Shown: in pieces, positions 58,600 through 64,000 of the stretch
Layout: each line of letters opens with the position of its first letter
Numbering within the stretch: the stretch's first letter is position 1
Origin: Blastocatellia bacterium
Lineage (GTDB): Bacteria > Acidobacteriota > Blastocatellia > UBA7656
Assembly: GCA_963765495.1 (NCBI GenBank)
Contig: CAVXWP010000002.1
Location: forward strand, 64,001 to 128,000
DNA: 64,000 bases
Reading direction: 5' to 3'
Notes under the pieces: generated by a model
Told to the model about the DNA's origin: nothing
The model's database searches: none
Seen by the model: only the letters and a program-made list of their open reading frames with translations
Made by a program: the position numbers and the translations under genes

Positions 58600-59682
58600 A
58601 TGACAAGCCGGAGAATTGCCTACCTGCGACTCAAGAACCAGTATATTGCCGGAATCGGTTTTGACAGACCCGCCGATACGGTCGAGTGGTTTGGCGCTGT
58701 TCAGGCTCAGGATTATTTGGGCGCGTTGTGGGCTGTCGGGCTTCGCACGCAGCAGGCCACAGAAAAAAAGATCGAGCAGGCAATAGCCGAAAAGAGCATA
58801 GTTCGAACGTGGCCGATGCGCGGGACATTGCATTTTGTGGCTGCCCGTGATGCCCGCTGGATGCTTGAGCTTTTGACTCCCCGCATCGTGGCGGGAAGGG
58901 CAAACCGATTGAAAAAGCATATGGAGCTCGATGAAAAGGTCTTTTCCCGCAGCAAAGAAGTGATCGGAAGGGCGCTTGAAGGCGGCAGGCAGATGGAGCG
59001 AAACTCAATTTATAAAGCTTTGGAGGCTGCCCGTATTTCGACATCCAACATGCGCGGGCTTCACATCCTGTCCAGGCTGGCGATGAACGGCTTTATCTGT
59101 TTTGGGGCGCGCGAAGGCAAACAACACACATTTGCCCTGCTCGATGAATGGATTCCTGAATCGAGAAAGATGGACCGCGAGGCGGCGCTCGCGGAACTCG
59201 CAAGACGCTATTTCACAAGCCACGGGCCAGCCACGTTGCAGGACTTCATCTGGTGGTCAGGGCTGACCTCGGCCAATGCGAGAGAGGGCCTGGGGCTGGC
59301 AAAAGCGCGCCTCGAACAGGAAATTATCGATGATCAGACATACTGGTTTTCTTCATACAACGGAGAGGTGAAAGATATTGCCGCAGATGTTTATATACTC
59401 CCGGCCTTTGATGAGTACACGGTTGCCTACAGGGATCGAAGCGCCGTACTCGACCCTTTGCATGCGAAACAAACCTCCTCCGGCTACGGTATCTTTCACC
59501 CGATTATTGTGGTCGATGGTCGCGTCGCAGGCACGTGGAAACGCACACAGACGAGGGGCTCAATCGTCATCACTCCAAACCTTTTCGTAAAGATCAGCAA
59601 AGCAAAAACAGAGGCCCTCGCGGAAGCGGCAGACCGCTACGGCAGATTTCTTGAAGCGACGATTGAATTATCGAAAGGCTGA
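58600..59682 (+). CDS. AlkZ/HTH_42-family DNA glycosylase
   Basis: AVQAQD, WPMRGTLH, RYFTSHGPATLQDFIWWSG, LPAFDEY. Confidence 0.9.
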   Translation: MTSRRIAYLRLKNQYIAGIGFDRPADTVEWFGAVQAQDYLGALWAVGLRTQQATEKKIEQAIAEKSIVRTWPMRGTLHFVAARDARWMLELLTPRIVAGRANRLKKHMELDEKVFSRSKEVIGRALEGGRQMERNSIYKALEAARISTSNMRGLHILSRLAMNGFICFGAREGKQHTFALLDEWIPESRKMDREAALAELARRYFTSHGPATLQDFIWWSGLTSANAREGLGLAKARLEQEIIDDQTYWFSSYNGEVKDIAADVYILPAFDEYTVAYRDRSAVLDPLHAKQTSSGYGIFHPIIVVDGRVAGTWKRTQTRGSIVITPNLFVKISKAKTEALAEAADRYGRFLEATIELSKG

Positions 59683-59832
59683 TTGCTATATGAAACCGCT
59701 TAGAATTTCCTGAGACTTGAATAACCCTGCCGTATCATCCTTCGCCGTGGTTGTCAGATGATTGGTTGCGACTCTTACGTGAGACGGTTAGATTAGCAAT
59801 TTACAATTTCAATATTCTTTGGGGAATCTAGC

Positions 59833-60259
59833 GTGCAGAAGAAGAGCCCGAGAAAAGAGGCAGCGAAGGAGGCGAAAGAGACCGGGCGAGTTGAGGCATT
59901 CAGCGACGGCGTATTTGCCATAGCCATCACGCTTCTCGTACTCGACCTCATTGGCCGAGTACATCGAACGCCAAGAGGCTTCGGTGACGGCATTAATTTA
60001 CTCTGGAATCTTTGTAGTGATCGCAATCCTCTTCAACCTGCTCTGGCGATACGCAAGCGGGCGCGGCAATTTGCTGGCCGCAGATCATGATCCTGCCTCG
60101 GTTCGGGCCATCACAGAGCAATACAGGTTTGGCCCCCTCATGTACATTGCCGCTCTTTTGCTGGCGTTTGCGAGCCCGCTTGCGAGTTTTGGACTCTGTA
60201 TGTTGTTTGCGATCTTTTTCGCCCTGCCAAGAGGTTTGACAGGCTCGGCCAGCATTTGA
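59833..60259 (+). pseudogene. TMEM175/DUF1211 potassium channel with internal deletion
   Basis: RVEAFSDGVFAIAITLLVLDL jumps out of frame at ~59950 to the C-terminal helices (LAEYI...). Confidence 0.8.
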
Positions 60260-60276
60260 AACCGGGAGTATAACCG

Positions 60277-61053
60277 ATGGATGAGGCAGACCGTTATGCG
60301 CGTTATCCCAGTCTTCGTGACAGGGTAATACTTGTGACAGGCGGCGGTTCTGGCATTGGCGCGGCAATAGTCGAGCACTTCGCGCTCCAGCAGGCGAAAG
60401 TTGCATTCCTCGACATCGCCGGAGATTGCTCGGTGGAACTTGTTGAGAGGCTGGCCGACCGCTGCCCGCAGACGCCCCTCTTTCTTCAATGTGACCTGAC
60501 CGACATCGAGGCATTGCGCGGGGCCGTCCGCGAGGTCGAAGCGCGGCTGGGCATCACGCGAGTGCTGATCAATAACGCCGCCAGGGATGACCGTCACAGG
60601 TCCGCCGATGTGACCCCGGAAGAATGGGACGCCCACATGAAAATAAACCTGCGGCATCAATTCTTTGCCATACAGGCGGTCGCGCCCGGGATGGCTGCCG
60701 AAGGCGGGGGCTCGATCATAAACATGGGGTCGATAGCATGGAAGATTCCAACTACCGGCCTGCCTGCATATGTAACCGCCAAGGCGGCTATTGTCGGGCT
60801 GACCAGGACGCTTGCCAGAGAACTCGGCCCCGCAAATATTCGCGTCAATTGCGTGATGCCCGGAGCCATAATGACCGAACGCCAGAAACGGCTCTGGCTG
60901 ACGCCTGAATATGAGGCCGAAATAATGGAGGCTCAATCCATAAAACGACAACTTCTCCCCGAGGATGTTGCCCGATTGATTCTCTTTCTTGCCTCCGACG
61001 ATAGCAGCGGCATCACCAGCCAGAGCCATATCATTGATGGAGGCTGGGTGTAA
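60277..61053 (+). CDS. SDR oxidoreductase (sugar dehydrogenase-like)
   Basis: TGGGSGIG, NNAARDDRH, YVTAK. Confidence 0.93.
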   Translation: MDEADRYARYPSLRDRVILVTGGGSGIGAAIVEHFALQQAKVAFLDIAGDCSVELVERLADRCPQTPLFLQCDLTDIEALRGAVREVEARLGITRVLINNAARDDRHRSADVTPEEWDAHMKINLRHQFFAIQAVAPGMAAEGGGSIINMGSIAWKIPTTGLPAYVTAKAAIVGLTRTLARELGPANIRVNCVMPGAIMTERQKRLWLTPEYEAEIMEAQSIKRQLLPEDVARLILFLASDDSSGITSQSHIIDGGWV

Positions 61054-61153
61054 TAAAGCCTCAGAATCTCTTTCCTGGAAATTTCCCCCGATTGAATCTT
61101 TTAAGACAAAGAGAGGGGATTCCTTCGCCGGAAGTTTATCCTTTGGTGCTCAA

Positions 61154-62194
61154 ATGAAACTGCAAAATCGTGAGACTCCCTGGATCAGGTTGGATTTGGC
61201 TTCGGTGGAAACAACAGACCCGAATCGAGCCGCAACTGAGCTTCCAGAGATTGAGAACAGAACCAGCCGCCTGGCCCCTTCGAATGGAAGTATATTCCCT
61301 CACGAAATTTCCATAAAACACCTGATCGCCCCGGCTGCTAAATCGAAACCCAAGACTCACGCCAGCCCCTCATCCGAGCAAACGCTGCACGATGTACGGG
61401 CCAGGCTTGAAGCCAGACTCGAATGCCTTGACTTCCTGTTGACTCAGAAAAAAAATGTGCGCGCAAGGAGGAGTTTTCCCCGTCTTTCGGATGAACTCAG
61501 AGATCAAGCCCCGACTCCTTCCGCTATCGAATCGTTTGAAACATCCACCGAGTTTCCAACAGACCAGATTGAAACCGAAAACTGCGAATTCGCTCTTCTG
61601 GAATATAGCTCCTATAACCGCACCTCTATAATGAGGGATACATATAAGGCCGATCTGCTCGCAAGGCAGGGGCAGGTCGAGCAAGCCGTGACCCTGCTCA
61701 AAGCTATCGTCAAGTATGATCCAGATAATGCGCTGATTCGTCTCAAGCTGAGACGTATCTATTTGCAGGCAGGCTTGATGGATCTAGCTTCAAATGAAAC
61801 GCTTCAGTTATCACGAATAGAGCAGACCCGCCACGAGACGTTTGCATCAGAGGATTCCGAAACCAGAAATGACGGCGAACTGAATTCAACCGATTCGGTC
61901 GACAGACGCATGCTGAAGCGAATGCCCCTTTCCCTGCCTCTTCTGGCAATTTCAGATGCGGGGCAGTGGCAGGAATTCACAGAAACTATCGATGTCAATC
62001 AAACAGGTCTTATGATTCGTCTGACGCATCCGGTAGAGGTTGGAATGAAGCTGAGAATCAAAACCCCAATGCCGAAACACCTGCGAATCCATAGCCGCGA
62101 AAGCCGACTCTATGATGTCAATTGCGTCGTGCGCCACACAAAGAGAGAGAAATTCGGCTGGAATCTGGTGGGCGTGGATTTCGAGATTTTGTAA
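61154..62194 (+). CDS. TPR and PilZ domain protein
   Basis: TPR-like ADLL..GQVEQAV..YDPDN; PilZ DRRMLKR and DVNQTG. Confidence 0.7.
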   Translation: MKLQNRETPWIRLDLASVETTDPNRAATELPEIENRTSRLAPSNGSIFPHEISIKHLIAPAAKSKPKTHASPSSEQTLHDVRARLEARLECLDFLLTQKKNVRARRSFPRLSDELRDQAPTPSAIESFETSTEFPTDQIETENCEFALLEYSSYNRTSIMRDTYKADLLARQGQVEQAVTLLKAIVKYDPDNALIRLKLRRIYLQAGLMDLASNETLQLSRIEQTRHETFASEDSETRNDGELNSTDSVDRRMLKRMPLSLPLLAISDAGQWQEFTETIDVNQTGLMIRLTHPVEVGMKLRIKTPMPKHLRIHSRESRLYDVNCVVRHTKREKFGWNLVGVDFEIL

Positions 62195-62496
62195 TTCGAC
62201 GCGAGATCAAAAAGTCAATCAAAGCGCCGGCCCCAAAGCATACACCCTTTCGAAACTGGAGCATTAAGGGCTGATGAGCCTCGGAAGGGACCGCCTGTAC
62301 CAACTATTCATATAAAGCCCCATCAGCGCGCAAAGCCCGTTCAGGCTTTCATCGAGGCCGGAAGCGGTGTCTTCTTTCAAGCCATCGTAACCGGCGAGCC
62401 GGAGCCGGTGTCTGATCTTATGTGGATGATTGGTGCTCTACCTGATTATTTAATTCAAATGATTGCCGAACGCACCAATTACATAGAAGAGGAGAA

Positions 62497-62781
62497 ATGA
62501 TCATGAAGAAGATTCTCGCATTATCAATACTGGCATCCTGTCTTACATTTGGCGCAGGCACCAGTTTCGCCGCAACAGGTGCCACAAGAACATCAGCGCC
62601 TGCGGTCACAAGGAGCGCAAATACGGTCGCGCAAAGGTGGAGGAATCCGAGGGTTCGGACTCGTCTGGTGACACGGACGGTGCGACAAGGTAGGCACCTT
62701 TACAGGGTCACTTACAGAATCACTACCTTGCGAAACGGCAGGACATCCAGCAGGGTGGTTCGAAGAGTAATAATCCGCTAG
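62497..62781 (+). CDS. Small secreted Arg-rich protein
   Basis: AGGAG RBS, signal peptide, Arg/Thr/Val-rich tail. Confidence 0.7.
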   Translation: MIMKKILALSILASCLTFGAGTSFAATGATRTSAPAVTRSANTVAQRWRNPRVRTRLVTRTVRQGRHLYRVTYRITTLRNGRTSSRVVRRVIIR

Positions 62782-63050
62782 GATTCGGCGACCATACATG
62801 ACACAAAGAAAACAAGCTCCGAAGATGATCTGCTAAGAGAGCAAAGTATTTCTCTTGGCAGATCATTTTGCATCATTGCCTCAGATCAAGCACAGAAACC
62901 CTCCCGGGAAATAATCTGTAAATGTCGTAATCACCCTGCGGGTGCAGTGTAAATTCAAACCTTAAAATTCTTTGCCTGCTTTGCAAATAGACCTCAGTTG
63001 CCATGCGCTCAAATAAACGACATGATAAGAGTAAGGAGGCCCCGCAAATT

Positions 63051-63833
63051 ATGTGCTCTGCAAAGCGACAGACCGAAACCCTGGACGGAATCGAGATGTA
63101 TGTAGAGGTTTTCGGAGAAGGAGAGCCGCTCCTTCTTCTACACGGATTTTCAGGGGCGGGTTCGAACTGGGAATCGTTCATACCTCGTTTTGTCGAGCGA
63201 TACAGGCTTGTAATCCCCGACCTCAGAGGCCACGGGCGTTCCACGAATCCTACCCGGAGCTTTACATTTCGCCAATCCGCCTTAGATATTTATGCGCTGC
63301 TCGACCGGCTGGAAATTGGTAACTTCAAAGCGATCGGCGTAAGTGGCGGGGCCAAGACTATACTTCACATGGCCACACAGCAACCCGGGCGTGTCGAGGC
63401 AATGGTAATCGTCAGCGCAGCGCCATATTTTCCCGAGCAGGCCCGCGCCATAATGGGGCAGATGAATCCCGATAATCGGTCTGATGAGGAGTGGAAACTT
63501 ATGCGTGAATGGCATAAGCACGGCGACGAGCAGATTCGAGCCCTCTGGCAGCAGGGGCACGACTTTAAAGACAGCTACGATGACATGAATTTTACGCCTC
63601 CTTATCTCTCAACCATTACAGCCGATACGCTGATCGTACACGGGGACCGTGATCCGTTTTATCCGGTCGAGCTTGCCCTTGAAATGTACAGAGCGATTCC
63701 GGCCTCTTACCTCTGGGTCATACCCGACGGCGGGCACGGCCCTATCTTCGGAGAGACAAAGGATCAATTCATCGAGGCTGCCCTGGCTTTCCTCGGCGAC
63801 AAAGGGGCGTCTAATTCGCAGGGCAAATCTTAG
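63051..63833 (+). CDS. Alpha/beta hydrolase
   Basis: LLLHGF, DLRGHGRS, GVSGG, GDRD, GGHG. Confidence 0.92.
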   Translation: MCSAKRQTETLDGIEMYVEVFGEGEPLLLLHGFSGAGSNWESFIPRFVERYRLVIPDLRGHGRSTNPTRSFTFRQSALDIYALLDRLEIGNFKAIGVSGGAKTILHMATQQPGRVEAMVIVSAAPYFPEQARAIMGQMNPDNRSDEEWKLMREWHKHGDEQIRALWQQGHDFKDSYDDMNFTPPYLSTITADTLIVHGDRDPFYPVELALEMYRAIPASYLWVIPDGGHGPIFGETKDQFIEAALAFLGDKGASNSQGKS

Positions 63834-64000
63834 CGCGCTTTGCGAGAGATAGTTGCTCGCAAAGGCATACGATTAATTGCTATGATCTGTCCTGATCTGG
63901 ATAGTTTTCCGATGAGGAGTTTTTATGCGACTTGTTACCTGCGCCTGCGCGATGCTGTTATTGCTTTCTCTTCCCGTTCATTCGGATGAAAAGACGACCT

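Overview
The left two-thirds of the window is a ~42.6-kb element integrated at the 3' end of a minus-strand initiator tRNA-Met (44032-44108). It is bounded by a 45-bp direct repeat (1444-1488 and 44032-44076) and has its tyrosine integrase at 42846-44006. A second xis-int pair at 1-1388 marks another island integrated in tandem at the same site. The element encodes a phage head and packaging module (terminase, portal, protease/scaffold, decoration protein, major capsid) but no recognisable tail or endolysin genes. It also carries a complete type I-E CRISPR-Cas locus with a WYL regulator and a 35-repeat array, a divergent ribbon-helix-helix switch, a replication initiator with iterons, and a lexA-RecA/RadA-like-small protein-PolB2 cassette. 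Further cargo includes orphan integron-type cassettes and an early operon (SWIM, GIY-YIG, ArdC, excisionase). The least expected signals are non-coding. One is a candidate ~70-nt antisense RNA whose GU-rich seed is complementary to an ACAACCAAC-type motif at the translation starts of about six element genes, including the integrase. The other is a large multi-branched fold upstream of the ArdC operon. The CRISPR spacers look like assembly-consensus artefacts, and several frameshifts sit in homopolymers. Right of the tRNA is host chromosome (transposase, GH127, DUF5695, ada, mscL, ADH, AlkZ, SDR and others); gene style suggests Acidobacteriota/Blastocatellia (inference). All calls are by eye, without database searches.
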